64,000 nucleotides of DNA from Candidatus Marinacidobacterium sp. (GTDB lineage Bacteria; Acidobacteriota; Vicinamibacteria; Marinacidobacterales; Marinacidobacteraceae). Under the pieces are notes generated by a model. The model saw nothing but the letters and a program-made list of their open reading frames with translations. It was not told where the DNA came from and made no database searches. The position numbers were made by a program, and so were the translations under genes. Position 1 is the stretch's first letter, and each line of letters begins with the position of its first letter. Shown here in pieces: positions 29,353 through 47,639 of this stretch. The stretch covers positions 3,360,001-3,424,000 of the forward strand of contig OZ242011.1 in NCBI GenBank assembly GCA_965204755.1. Direction: 5' to 3'.

Positions 29353-29763
29353 ATGTTCTTCACCCTCCTGTTCGTCACCTTCGTCCTCGCGCTCGCCGTC
29401 TCGTTCGGGACGGTGCGGTTCTTCCACCGCCCGATCGGCGCCATCCTCCGCCGGATCGTCGCCGACGAGTTGAGCGAGGCCTGGCGCCGGTACATCGAGT
29501 TCGCGGCGTATGTGGTCGGCGTCTCCGGCGGCGTGCGGATCCACGAGTTGGAGCGCTACATCTCCGCGCCGCACCGGGACGAGGAGATCCTGATCCTGAA
29601 CGCCGAGCGCTGGACGCTCGAGATCTACCGCACGGTGATCCAGACGCTTCAGAGCATCGCCTGGATGTTCCTGGTGGTGTTCATCGTCGCGCTGCTCGCG
29701 TATGTCCTGACGCGCGGTTTCGAGTTGCGGCGGAGCGGCGGTCCTCCGGGAGGCGCGTCCTGA
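29353..29763 (+). CDS. Hypothetical membrane protein
   Basis: GAGG RBS, three hydrophobic segments, typical GC3-rich codon use. Confidence 0.7.
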   Translation: MFFTLLFVTFVLALAVSFGTVRFFHRPIGAILRRIVADELSEAWRRYIEFAAYVVGVSGGVRIHELERYISAPHRDEEILILNAERWTLEIYRTVIQTLQSIAWMFLVVFIVALLAYVLTRGFELRRSGGPPGGAS

Positions 29764-30896
29764 GCCGGCGGTCTCCGCCGTTCGGCGCCTTCGCGCTGAC
29801 GGTCGGCCTCGCGTCCGCGGGCTTCGGCGCCGGCGCCGCCTCCGCGGAGGAAGTGTTTCGACTGGGGACCTTCGAGCGGCGGGGCGAAGCATTCCTCGGC
29901 GTCGTCCTGCGGGATGCGTTCGCGGTGGAACTCGACCGCGCCAACGCCTCGCTCGAACGCACCGAGCGTTTGTTCGTGCGTCTGCCGATGCCGGAGGACA
30001 TGAACGAACTCGCCGGGCGCTGGAACCTGGGGATGCGCGAACGCGTCCACGCCGTCGCCGAGCGCGTGACGCCGCTGCTCGACCTCCCGCCGGACGAGCG
30101 CCCGGTGTGGATCCACGAACTCGACGGGTTGCGCTACTTCCCGCCGGTGCGTCCGGGCCTGATCCTGGCCGCGGCGTTGAACTACGCCGCGCACGGCGAG
30201 GAGATGACCACCGGACGGGCGGCGGAGATGTCCGACGCCTCGGCGCTCGACGACGCCCCGGTCTCGATGGACCACTTCTGGGAGCGGGCGCCCGGCGACC
30301 GGCGGCAGAACCCCTACCTGTTCATCAAGTCCGGCGCCGTCACCGTCGGCCACGGCGAACCGATCCTCATGAAACCCGGCCGGGAGCAGTTGGACTGGGA
30401 ATGCGAACTCGCGGTGGTGATCGGGACGCCGGCGAGCGATGTCCCCGTGGCCGACGCGGAGCGCCACATCTTCGGCTACACGCTGATGAACGATGTGGGC
30501 GACCGCGAGGGCCGCGGCGACGACCGCTACGGCTCGGACTGGCTGGTCTGGAAGAGCAGCGAGACCTTCGCCCCGCTCGGGCCGTTCATCACCCCGGCGG
30601 AGTTCGTCCCAGACGCCCAGGTCCTCGACATCCGGTTCACGCTTTCCGGCGAAACCATGCAGGACGCGAACACCCGGCAGATGCAGCACCGCATCCCGGA
30701 ACTCGTCCACTTCGCCTCGAACAACCTGATCCTCCGTCCCGGCGATGTGATCGCGACGGGAACGCCCGACGGCGTCGGAGTCGCGCGCACTCCGCCGGTC
30801 TTCATGGAACCCGGCGACATCGCGTCCTGTTGGGTGGAGGGGATCGGGACGCTCGAGAACCCGATCCGGCTCTGGGCGGACGCCGGTCCTCGTTGA
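29760..30896 (+). CDS. Fumarylacetoacetate hydrolase family protein, probably exported
   Basis: ALNYAAH, LDWECELAVVIG, GYTLMNDV..R, KS.ETFAPLGP, PGDVIATGTP. The open frame from CTG 29760 gives a signal-like segment ending ASA-EE; alternative start GTG 29853. Confidence 0.82.
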   Translation: MSRRSPPFGAFALTVGLASAGFGAGAASAEEVFRLGTFERRGEAFLGVVLRDAFAVELDRANASLERTERLFVRLPMPEDMNELAGRWNLGMRERVHAVAERVTPLLDLPPDERPVWIHELDGLRYFPPVRPGLILAAALNYAAHGEEMTTGRAAEMSDASALDDAPVSMDHFWERAPGDRRQNPYLFIKSGAVTVGHGEPILMKPGREQLDWECELAVVIGTPASDVPVADAERHIFGYTLMNDVGDREGRGDDRYGSDWLVWKSSETFAPLGPFITPAEFVPDAQVLDIRFTLSGETMQDANTRQMQHRIPELVHFASNNLILRPGDVIATGTPDGVGVARTPPVFMEPGDIASCWVEGIGTLENPIRLWADAGPR

Positions 30897-30918
30897 GTAC
30901 CCCTCCGAGAGCCCCGAA

Positions 30919-32064
30919 GTGATCCGCGACCCGCTCGGCGTCTTCCTGGCGCTCGTCGGCGTGGTGTGCCTCGCAGTCTTTCTCGAGAGCCGTTTCCGCG
31001 CCGCGAAGACCCTGAGCGCCGGGTTGATGTGCCTGGTGTTCGGCATGGCGCTCTCGAACGGCGGAATCCTGCCCGGCGACGCGGCGGCCTACGACCAGTT
31101 GGGGACGATCTGGGTGAACGCCGCCATCGTCCTCATCCTGTTGTCCGTGGACCTGACGACGGTGCGGCAGGCGGGGCGGGCGATGCTCGCCGCCTTCGGC
31201 GTCGGCGCGGTCGGCACCATGCTCGGCGCGTTCCTCGCCGCCACGCTGCTCGGCGGGGCGATCGGGCCGGAGAGTTGGAAGTTGACCGGGCAGTTCACCG
31301 GCACCTACATCGGCGGCGGCGCTAACTTCTATGCCTTGGCCGGCGCCTTCGAGACCGATCCGAACCTGCTCTCCGCGGCGGTCGCCGCCGATGTGATCGT
31401 CACCGTCCTCTGGTTGATGGCCTGCCTGCTGCTCCCGGCGCTCCTCTCCCGCCGCCGCGCCGCCGCCCGCCCGGCGGAAGCGAAGCCGGACCCCGCCGCG
31501 CCGTTCACGCTGGAGCGGCGAATGAAGGAGAGCGGCGAGAGTCTGCGCGTCGTGGACTTCTTCGGCTTGGCGCTCGTCGCCCTCGGCGTGATGACCGCGG
31601 CGCGGTGGCTCGGTGACCTGGTTCCGGCGGTTCCTTCGGTGCTCTGGTTGACCACGCTGGCGCTCGTCCTCGGCCATACCGCGCCGGTCCGCCGGCTGCG
31701 CGGGGCTCCGGTGCTCGGTTACGGCGTGCTGCTGCTGTTCCTCGCCGGAAACGGCGCGCAGTCGCTGGTCTCCGCGATGCTCGCCGCCGGCCCGGCGCTC
31801 TTCCTGTTCGCCGCGGTTACCGTGGGCGTCCACGGCGCGGTGATCTTCGGCGTGGGCCGCCTGCTGCGCCTGGACGCGGGGACGCTCGCGGTGGCTTCGC
31901 AGGCGAATGTGGGCGGCGCGGCGTCCGCGGTCGCCATCGCTTCCGCCCGCGGTTACGGCGACCGCCTCGTGCCGGGGATCGCGGTGTCCCTCGCCGGCTA
32001 CGCGGTGGGCAACTACCTCGGCTACGGGATGGGTATCCTGAGCCGCGCCGTTTTCGGCGGCTAG
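30919..32064 (+). CDS. DUF819 family integral membrane protein
   Basis: GTYIGGGANF, ASQANVGG, GYAVGNYLG; multiple TM helices. Confidence 0.85.
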   Translation: MIRDPLGVFLALVGVVCLAVFLESRFRAAKTLSAGLMCLVFGMALSNGGILPGDAAAYDQLGTIWVNAAIVLILLSVDLTTVRQAGRAMLAAFGVGAVGTMLGAFLAATLLGGAIGPESWKLTGQFTGTYIGGGANFYALAGAFETDPNLLSAAVAADVIVTVLWLMACLLLPALLSRRRAAARPAEAKPDPAAPFTLERRMKESGESLRVVDFFGLALVALGVMTAARWLGDLVPAVPSVLWLTTLALVLGHTAPVRRLRGAPVLGYGVLLLFLAGNGAQSLVSAMLAAGPALFLFAAVTVGVHGAVIFGVGRLLRLDAGTLAVASQANVGGAASAVAIASARGYGDRLVPGIAVSLAGYAVGNYLGYGMGILSRAVFGG

Positions 32065-32075
32065 ACTCGGAGTTC

Positions 32076-33257
32076 GTGATGGTTCGACGACGGAATCCCC
32101 GTTTCCTCCCGCTCGCGGGGTTGTTGTGCTTCGCTGCCGCCGCCGGCGCGTTCGCCCAGGGCGAAGGCGGGCCGACGACCGCCGAGCGCTCCTACTGGTT
32201 CTATGTGGCCGCGGAGTCGGACGACACCGTGGACCTGGTGCGGTTCGGTCCGGACGGCGGCGAACTGGTGAAGCGCATCCCGGTCGGGATCCTGCCGGCG
32301 GAGATCGAAGGGCCGCACGGCGTGCGGGTCTCCCCGGACGGACGCCACTGGTTCGTCTCCATCGCCCACGGAATGCCCTACGGCACGATCCACAAGTTCG
32401 AGACCGGCTCCGACCTCGAAGTCGCCGACACGACCGCGGGCCTGTTCCCGGCCACGATGGACATCAGCCCGGCCACCGGATTCCTGTTCGCGGTGAACTT
32501 CAACCTGCACGGCGACCATGTGCCGTCGTCGGTGTCGGTCATAGATACGGTATCCATGACCGAGATCGCGCAGATCGAACAGGGGGTGATGCCGCACGGC
32601 TCCCGGCTCGGCCCGGACGGCCTCCACGCGTACTCCGTGGCGATGATGAGCGCCGAACTGTTCGAAATAGATACCTACACGCTGCAGGTGCGCCGCCGGA
32701 TGCGGCTCACCGGCGACAACGCCACCACGGTCGGCGTGGACGCCGGCGGCGCCGGCGGGGAACACGCGGCGCATTCCGGCCATTCCATGGCGGGTCACGC
32801 GGCGGGCGGCGCCGCCGGCCCGGCCCCGAACCCCACCTGGGTCCAGCCGTCGCCGGACGGCAAGGCGGTCTGGCTGGCGCTCCAGGGGCTCGACCAGGTG
32901 CTCGAAGTGGACCTGGAGTCGTGGTCCCCGCGCCGCCGGTTCGGAACGCGCAGCGGCCCCTACAACCTCGATGTCTCTCCCGACGGCCGCCACCTCGTCG
33001 TAACCGAGAAGACGAACCATTCCGTAGGCTTTTGGGATCTCGAGACCGGAACCGAACGCGCCTCCGTCCCGGCGTCCGCCCGCATCACCCACGGCGTGGC
33101 CATCACCCCGGACAGCCGCTTCGCGGTCGTTACCGTGGAAGAGATCGGCGGCGAACCCGGCCGCGTGGAGTTCTACGACCTCGAGACGCTGGAACGCGAA
33201 GCCGTGGTCGAGATCGGCAAACAGGCCTCCGGCCTCGCCTTCTGGAAGTCGGAATAA
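32076..33257 (+). CDS. Secreted YncE/YVTN-type beta-propeller protein
   Basis: Signal peptide (AFA-Q); repeated PHG..SPDG / VSVIDT blades; His/Gly-rich insertion. Confidence 0.8.
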   Translation: MMVRRRNPRFLPLAGLLCFAAAAGAFAQGEGGPTTAERSYWFYVAAESDDTVDLVRFGPDGGELVKRIPVGILPAEIEGPHGVRVSPDGRHWFVSIAHGMPYGTIHKFETGSDLEVADTTAGLFPATMDISPATGFLFAVNFNLHGDHVPSSVSVIDTVSMTEIAQIEQGVMPHGSRLGPDGLHAYSVAMMSAELFEIDTYTLQVRRRMRLTGDNATTVGVDAGGAGGEHAAHSGHSMAGHAAGGAAGPAPNPTWVQPSPDGKAVWLALQGLDQVLEVDLESWSPRRRFGTRSGPYNLDVSPDGRHLVVTEKTNHSVGFWDLETGTERASVPASARITHGVAITPDSRFAVVTVEEIGGEPGRVEFYDLETLEREAVVEIGKQASGLAFWKSE

Positions 33258-33351
33258 CGCCCCCGCGCCGACCCTCCGGACCGGTCGCGCCGTTTCCCGC
33301 TGCCGGACTGGAAATCGAACCGCCGCCGCTGCAGCGTCCGGGAGCCGCCTC

Positions 33352-42281
<8,930 letters not shown>

Positions 42282-42347
42282 CGGGGCGTCATTATCCCCC
42301 GCCGGGCGGTACGATCCGCGCCCGCCGCGCGGCGGGGAGGCAGACCC

Positions 42348-43739
42348 ATGTCAGAACGAATCGAACGCGACACGATCGGCGAGATCGCCGTTCCGGCGGA
42401 GCGGCTGTGGGGGGCGCAGACCGAGCGCTCCCGGCGGAACTTCCGCATCTCCGGGGAGCGGATGCCGTCCGAAGTGGTGCGGGCGCTGGCCTATGTCAAG
42501 AAGGCCGCGGCGCTCGTGAACCGGGATCTCGACCGCCTCCCGGAGAAGACCGCCGACGCCGTCGCCGCCGGGGCGGACGAAGTTCTGGCCGGCGAACACG
42601 ACGCCGAGTTCCCGCTGCTGGTGTGGCAGACCGGCAGCGGCACGCAGTCGAACATGAACATGAACGAGGTGCTCGCCAACCGCGCGAGCGAGATCCTCGG
42701 CGGCGAGCGGGGCGAGAAGCGGCTCGTCCACCCGAACGACGAAGTGAACCGCGGGCAGTCGTCCAACGATGTGTTCCCGACCGCGATGCATGTGGCGGCG
42801 GTGCTCGCCCTCGAGGAGCGGGTGGTTCCCGCGGTGCGGGCGCTCGCCGCCGCGCTCTCGGAACGCGCGGAGGCCTTCTCCGAGGTGGTGAAGATCGGGC
42901 GGACGCACCTGCAGGACGCCACGCCGCTGACGCTCGGGCAGGAGTTCTCCGGCTACGCCGCGCAGTTGGAGAACGGCGCGGCGAGGATCGAGGCGTCGCT
43001 CCCGCACCTTCGCCAACTGGCGCTCGGGGGAACCGCGGTGGGCACCGGGTTGAACGCCCACCCGGAGATGGGGGAACGGGCGGCGCGCTGGTTGACGCGG
43101 CTGACCGGACGGGAGTTCGAGACCGCGCCCAACAAGTTCGAGGCGCTGGCCTCGAAGGACGCGCTGGTGGCGGCGCACGGCGCGCTCAAGACCGTGGCGG
43201 TCTCGCTCCACAAGATCGCGAACGACATCCGCTGGCTGGCCTCCGGGCCGCGGTCGGGCATCGGCGAGATCCGAATCCCGGCCAACGAACCGGGGAGTTC
43301 GATCATGCCGGGCAAGGTGAACCCCACCCAGTGCGAGGCGCTGCTCATGGCGACCGCGCAGGTGATCGGGAACGATGTGGCGGTGAACCTCGGCGGCGCC
43401 GGCGGCAACTTCGAACTCAATGTCATGAAGCCGCTGATCGCGCAGAACTTCCTCCAGAGCGCCCGGCTCGTCGCCGACGGCTGCGACTCGTTCCGCGAGC
43501 GCTGCGTCGTCGGGATCGAACCGAACGAGGAGCGCCTCGCCGAGAACCTCCGCCGGTCGCTGATGCTGGTCACCGCCCTGAACCCGAAGATCGGCTACGA
43601 CAACGCCGCGAAGATCGCCAAGAAGGCGTATGCCGACGGGACCGCGCTCAAGGAGGCGGCGGTGGCTCTCGGCCTCCTCACCCCCGACCAGTTCGACGAG
43701 TGGGTGCGCCCCGAAGCGATGGTCCGCCCGACGGGCTGA
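42348..43739 (+). CDS. fumC: Class II fumarate hydratase
   Basis: [34 protein letters not shown]; GGGGAGG RBS before ATG 42348. Confidence 0.97.
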   Translation: MSERIERDTIGEIAVPAERLWGAQTERSRRNFRISGERMPSEVVRALAYVKKAAALVNRDLDRLPEKTADAVAAGADEVLAGEHDAEFPLLVWQTGSGTQSNMNMNEVLANRASEILGGERGEKRLVHPNDEVNRGQSSNDVFPTAMHVAAVLALEERVVPAVRALAAALSERAEAFSEVVKIGRTHLQDATPLTLGQEFSGYAAQLENGAARIEASLPHLRQLALGGTAVGTGLNAHPEMGERAARWLTRLTGREFETAPNKFEALASKDALVAAHGALKTVAVSLHKIANDIRWLASGPRSGIGEIRIPANEPGSSIMPGKVNPTQCEALLMATAQVIGNDVAVNLGGAGGNFELNVMKPLIAQNFLQSARLVADGCDSFRERCVVGIEPNEERLAENLRRSLMLVTALNPKIGYDNAAKIAKKAYADGTALKEAAVALGLLTPDQFDEWVRPEAMVRPTG

Positions 43740-43783
43740 GCGCGCGATCGTTCCGGGAGGCGCCCCGGGAGGTTCGCGGGCGG

Positions 43784-44245
43784 TCAGTCCGAATAGGACT
43801 CCAGATCTCGGTCGAAAGTCAGGACTCGCACCTCGAGCCCCTGTCGGCGCAGCGCCCTTGCCAACTCGAGGATCGAGATGTCCGCGAGCGAATACCCCGG
43901 GCCGGATTGGGCGACGAAGCGGTCCGCCAAATCCAGGAGTGTCTTCGCCGTGAGCAGGACACCGTTCTCCGGATCCGATACGACCGTCCAAGGCCGATCG
44001 TCGATAAGCGACATGGCGACATCTTCGCGGTAGCGCTCGGCGAGTCGTCGCCGGCGGTTCCCGTCGCGAACACGGACGATGTGATTGGTGAGTTCGAACA
44101 ACACCGGCAAGGTGACCAGCATCGTTCCTTGCGCCGCTTCTCCGGCCTGTTTCGCGACATCGTCGTATCTCGCTGTCGCTGACGCTTTGGGAACTCGATA
44201 GAGTTCCAGCAGCCAGGAGGTATCGAGAACCGACCAAGAATTCAC
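43784..44245 (-). CDS. PIN-domain ribonuclease-like protein
   Basis: VLDTSWL, PVLFEL, SLADISI, VLTFDRDL (four acidic active-site positions); GTG 44245 overlaps the ATPase stop (GTGA). Confidence 0.75.
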   Translation of the reverse strand: MNSWSVLDTSWLLELYRVPKASATARYDDVAKQAGEAAQGTMLVTLPVLFELTNHIVRVRDGNRRRRLAERYREDVAMSLIDDRPWTVVSDPENGVLLTAKTLLDLADRFVAQSGPGYSLADISILELARALRRQGLEVRVLTFDRDLESYSD

Positions 44246-45540
44246 GACAGGGAAGTGAGCCAGTTCTTCATGAATCGGGCTCGATCTCGTTCGTAGTCGG
44301 AATCGAGTCTCTTCTCCAACTTGCCGCTGGCGACGAAGCCGCCCAAGCCGCCGCGCAGACGAGTGATTGCGGCCGGTTCGATCTCGGTAAGGCGGGTCAC
44401 GCGAGACGCTTGGAGAGTGAAGTCTCGGTGACAGATCCACACGCATCCCCAGTGGGACTCGTCGATGGCATTCATGACGGCTGTATCGTGAGTCGTCAAC
44501 ACGACATTCAGACGGCGTCGGGAGGCGGCCTCGGTCACATACGAGATCAGGACTGCGGCGCGAGACGGATGGAGGCCGGTGTCGAATTCTTCGATGACGA
44601 CGCGTGCCCCTTCCGAAACGCTCTCCAGCGCGGACATGACGGCGAGCATCCTCAGCGTGCCGTCCGAGAGCAGTCGAGCGTCGATCAACCGTGTTCCGTT
44701 GGACGCATCACCCGTCTCGGCCATGAGTCCCGCAATGACATCGCCCGTGGGTGTTTCGGTGAAACCGATCTCCCGGAACGGCTCCTCCGAGATCTGTCGG
44801 ATGGCCGCGGTAACGCGGGGGAGCGCCGCCGTGTGATCCGCGTCGCCGTTCCGCAGGGAAAACAGTACGGAGGAGAGATTGCCGCCGCTGCGGGTGAGTT
44901 GCGCCCGTGGATCGATGTGCTCGTAGTTGCGCATCGCCTTCGGCGTGAGTTCGAAGACATGCGGGCGCCGCGACCGCGTCAGGACCGCGGCGGCGGCCTC
45001 CAAGGCGATCCGTTGCCGGGCTTCGGCGCCCGGGCCGACGGCGAGTCGGGAGTACCGGGAAAGGACGGACAACGGACCGGACAACTGCGCGGCGGAGGCA
45101 GGCCCGTCGGAGAAGTTGTCGTAAACGACATCCTGGAGACCATCTTCGGGGGAAGAGGCGGTGAAGATCGGCTTCTCGTCGAGGTGCAGGCTCTCGTGGG
45201 CGAAGCGGACCCCCGAGGAATCGGCCCTGATCTCGAGGCCGTAAGAGACCCGCGACGCGCCGCGTTCGTGACGGAACTCCGGCAGGTCGAGACTCAGACC
45301 GAACGCTTGCGCACCGAACCTTTGGCACGATGGCAATCCGCCGCGCACTTCGACGGTTCCGCCGCGCCCGAGTTCCGTGATGTCGTGGAACGGAATTCCG
45401 CGAGCCAGCGCGTCCATCACTTCGATGCCCTCGATCAGGTTCGTCTTGCCCGAACCGTTCCGCCCCAGGAGGATCGTCAGGGGAGCGGAAAGATCCACCT
45501 CCGCATGACGGAAGTTCTTGAAGTCGGTGAAGCGGTGCAT
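44242..45540 (-). CDS. ABC-type AAA_21 ATPase
   Basis: FKNF, GRNGSGKT, LSDGT, VVIEEFDTGLHP, LTTH; TAGAAT on the minus strand at 45571-45566. Confidence 0.85.
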   Translation of the reverse strand: MHRFTDFKNFRHAEVDLSAPLTILLGRNGSGKTNLIEGIEVMDALARGIPFHDITELGRGGTVEVRGGLPSCQRFGAQAFGLSLDLPEFRHERGASRVSYGLEIRADSSGVRFAHESLHLDEKPIFTASSPEDGLQDVVYDNFSDGPASAAQLSGPLSVLSRYSRLAVGPGAEARQRIALEAAAAVLTRSRRPHVFELTPKAMRNYEHIDPRAQLTRSGGNLSSVLFSLRNGDADHTAALPRVTAAIRQISEEPFREIGFTETPTGDVIAGLMAETGDASNGTRLIDARLLSDGTLRMLAVMSALESVSEGARVVIEEFDTGLHPSRAAVLISYVTEAASRRRLNVVLTTHDTAVMNAIDESHWGCVWICHRDFTLQASRVTRLTEIEPAAITRLRGGLGGFVASGKLEKRLDSDYERDRARFMKNWLTSLS

Positions 45541-45614
45541 TTCGAGTTCGAGGAGCGCTCGGCTGATTCTACGCTTCTACGGACGCACCGCCGGGAGACG
45601 CGAATACTCCTCGG

Positions 45615-46556
45615 TCAGGCGCCGGCGGCGCCGCAGTGGGCGCAGAGGAGGGCGTCGGGGTGGCGGGGGCGGCGGCAGTTCCAGCAGGGTTTCGGGCGGC
45701 GCGGCCGCCCCTGGCGAACCCGCGCGCGAGCCGCTTCGAGTTCGTCCGCGCCGGGGCCGAAGGCGGCGATCTCCTTCAGGTCGCTCAGCAGCGCTTCCGC
45801 CGACGGGTAACGGTCGCCCACCCGGACGGCCAGGGCGCGCGCCACGATGTCGTCGAGGTCGGAGGGGACGCGCGGGTTGCGGCGGCGCGGACGCGCGTCG
45901 CCGCCCTTCTCCACCAGCCGGCGTTGGCGCTCCGGCGCCGGGTCCCGGTAGGGCAGGGCGCCGGTGAGCATTTCGTAGAGCACCACGCCGACCGAATAGA
46001 CATCGGACGCGAAGACCGCCTCGCCGCGGAAAGTCTCCGGCGCCATGTAGTAGGGGTTTCCCATCATCTCCGAGCCGTGCTCCGCGATCCGCACCGCCCG
46101 CGCGAGTCCGAAGTCGGTGATCTTCACCGCGCCTTCGGCCACCAGGATGTTGTCGGAACTCAGGTCGCCGTGGAGCAACTCGCGCCGGTGGGCGTGGTCG
46201 AGTCCGGCGAGGACTTGCCGGGCGATGCCCATCGCCGCCGCCGGCGGCATCGGGCCGTCGGCATCCACCCGGTGCGCCAGCGGCTTGCCGTCCACCCACT
46301 CCATGACCACGAAGAGCACGCCCTGCTGTTCGTCGCAGGAGATGAGGCGCACGATGTTCGGGTGTTCGAGCCCCGCGAGGAGCCGGGATTCCCGGAGCAG
46401 CGCCTCCCGTCCGGCCGGGCTCTGGTCGTGCGGCGCCTTGATCGCCCGATTCCGTTCGAGCAGGACATCGCGCACCAGATAGACCGCGCCGAAGGTCCCC
46501 TTGCCGAGATTCCGCAGCACCTCGTAGTTCCCGACGCGCTGCCCGAGCCGAAACAT
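45615..46556 (-). CDS. Hanks-type Ser/Thr protein kinase with C-terminal zinc ribbon
   Basis: LGKGTFGAVY, AIK, HGDLSSDN, DFG, YMAPE, SDVYSVG; CWNC..CAHC. Confidence 0.88.
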   Translation of the reverse strand: MFRLGQRVGNYEVLRNLGKGTFGAVYLVRDVLLERNRAIKAPHDQSPAGREALLRESRLLAGLEHPNIVRLISCDEQQGVLFVVMEWVDGKPLAHRVDADGPMPPAAAMGIARQVLAGLDHAHRRELLHGDLSSDNILVAEGAVKITDFGLARAVRIAEHGSEMMGNPYYMAPETFRGEAVFASDVYSVGVVLYEMLTGALPYRDPAPERQRRLVEKGGDARPRRRNPRVPSDLDDIVARALAVRVGDRYPSAEALLSDLKEIAAFGPGADELEAARARVRQGRPRRPKPCWNCRRPRHPDALLCAHCGAAGA

Positions 46557-46566
46557 CGCGCTGATG

Positions 46567-47421
46567 CTACTCCCGCCCGCCGCCGGAAACGGACGGTTCC
46601 GGGGGGCGTCGGCGCGGGGAGGCTTCGGTTGCCCCCGCGGGCGAAGCGCGGCGTCCGGCCGCCTCGTCCGGACGGTTCAGCAGCCGCCAGGCGGCGACGA
46701 CGGCGGCTGTCGGAGTGCGGAGGATCCGCTCCCCGAGGTCGAGCCGCTCGAAACCCCGACGGAGCGCGGCGGCCACTTCGTCAGGCGTGAACCCGCCTTC
46801 CGGGCCGATGGCCGCGACGACCGCATCCGGCGAGACCGCGGAGTCTTCGGTCGGGTCGGTCGCGCCGCCGGGAATCGAAACGGAGGAGGGCCCACGCGCC
46901 TCGTCCCGGGCCGGCGCGGCGATCCACCGCCGGGAGAAACGGTCCGCTTCGCGAAGCCACTCCTCGAAACCCGCCGCCGGCAGGACCTCCGCCATCCCCG
47001 CCCGCCCGCTCTGCCGGGCGCCCGCCAACGCCGCCGCCCGCCAACGCCGGAGCCGCGCCGGCGTCGCCGCGCCCTCGCTCCGCTCCGTGACCAGCGGCGC
47101 GACCGCCGCCGCTCCTACCTCCGACAACTGCCGGCAGATGTCCGTGAACGCGTCGCCCTTCGGGATGGCCACCGCCAGCGTCAACCGCCGGGCCGCTTCC
47201 CGCGCGGCGACCGGCGCCCCCCGCTCCAACCGGCGCCGCCCGTCCGCGTCCACCCCGGCGACCCGCGCCGAGAAGGCCCGTCCCGCGCCGTCGAAGACCT
47301 CCACTTCCGCGCCGGGACGAAGCCGGAGCACCCGCCACAGCCGATGCGACTCCCCCCGGTCGAGCCGTATCTCCGCTTCCTCCCCGGCGGCGGGGGCGAA
47401 GAACCGATGCGCCCGCGCCAC
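46567..47421 (-). CDS. rsmE: 16S rRNA m3U1498 methyltransferase RsmE
   Basis: H..RVLRL, E.G, ARQSGR, IGPEGGF, LGERILRT.TA. Confidence 0.88.
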   Translation of the reverse strand: MARAHRFFAPAAGEEAEIRLDRGESHRLWRVLRLRPGAEVEVFDGAGRAFSARVAGVDADGRRRLERGAPVAAREAARRLTLAVAIPKGDAFTDICRQLSEVGAAAVAPLVTERSEGAATPARLRRWRAAALAGARQSGRAGMAEVLPAAGFEEWLREADRFSRRWIAAPARDEARGPSSVSIPGGATDPTEDSAVSPDAVVAAIGPEGGFTPDEVAAALRRGFERLDLGERILRTPTAAVVAAWRLLNRPDEAAGRRASPAGATEASPRRRPPEPSVSGGGRE

Positions 47422-47526
47422 TGGTTGGCCTTTCCGCGCCCGATTATCGCCTGCGCCGGCGTTGCCGGGGTTCGCTTGTCGCCGGCTCGTCCCGCTCCGG
47501 GCGCCGGGGCGGCCGCTTGTCTCCGA

Positions 47527-47554
47527 TATTCGTAAAACGATTTTTATGTCAATA
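47527..47554. other. dif-like XerC/XerD site TATTCGTAAAA-CGATTT-TTATGTCAATA
   Basis: 11-6-11 layout; right arm resembles the XerD arm TTATGTTAAAT and left arm resembles XerC arms such as ATTTCGTATAA. It sits in the most AT-rich patch noticed in the window. Confidence 0.5.
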
Positions 47555-47557
47555 ACT

Positions 47558-47621
47558 TACGGATAAATATAACATGTGCGTTATCCACATTCCTCCTGTC
47601 GAAAACCGACTCTGCTACGAT
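47558..47621 (+). promoter_or_regulatory. Perfect DnaA box TTATCCACA (47581-47589), two weaker inverted boxes, and extended -10 TGcTACGAT (47613-47621) of the defence operon
   Basis: TTATCCACA exact; TACGGATAA (47558) and TGTCGAAAA (47597) are reverse-strand near-matches. Confidence 0.5.
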
Positions 47622-47639
47622 TCCGCGCCGAGCCCGACC

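Noticed and set aside
47521-47625. Firm call as oriC
   Set aside because: Only one perfect DnaA box, no dnaA/dnaN/mnmG context and no way to compute skew; kept only as a hypothesis.
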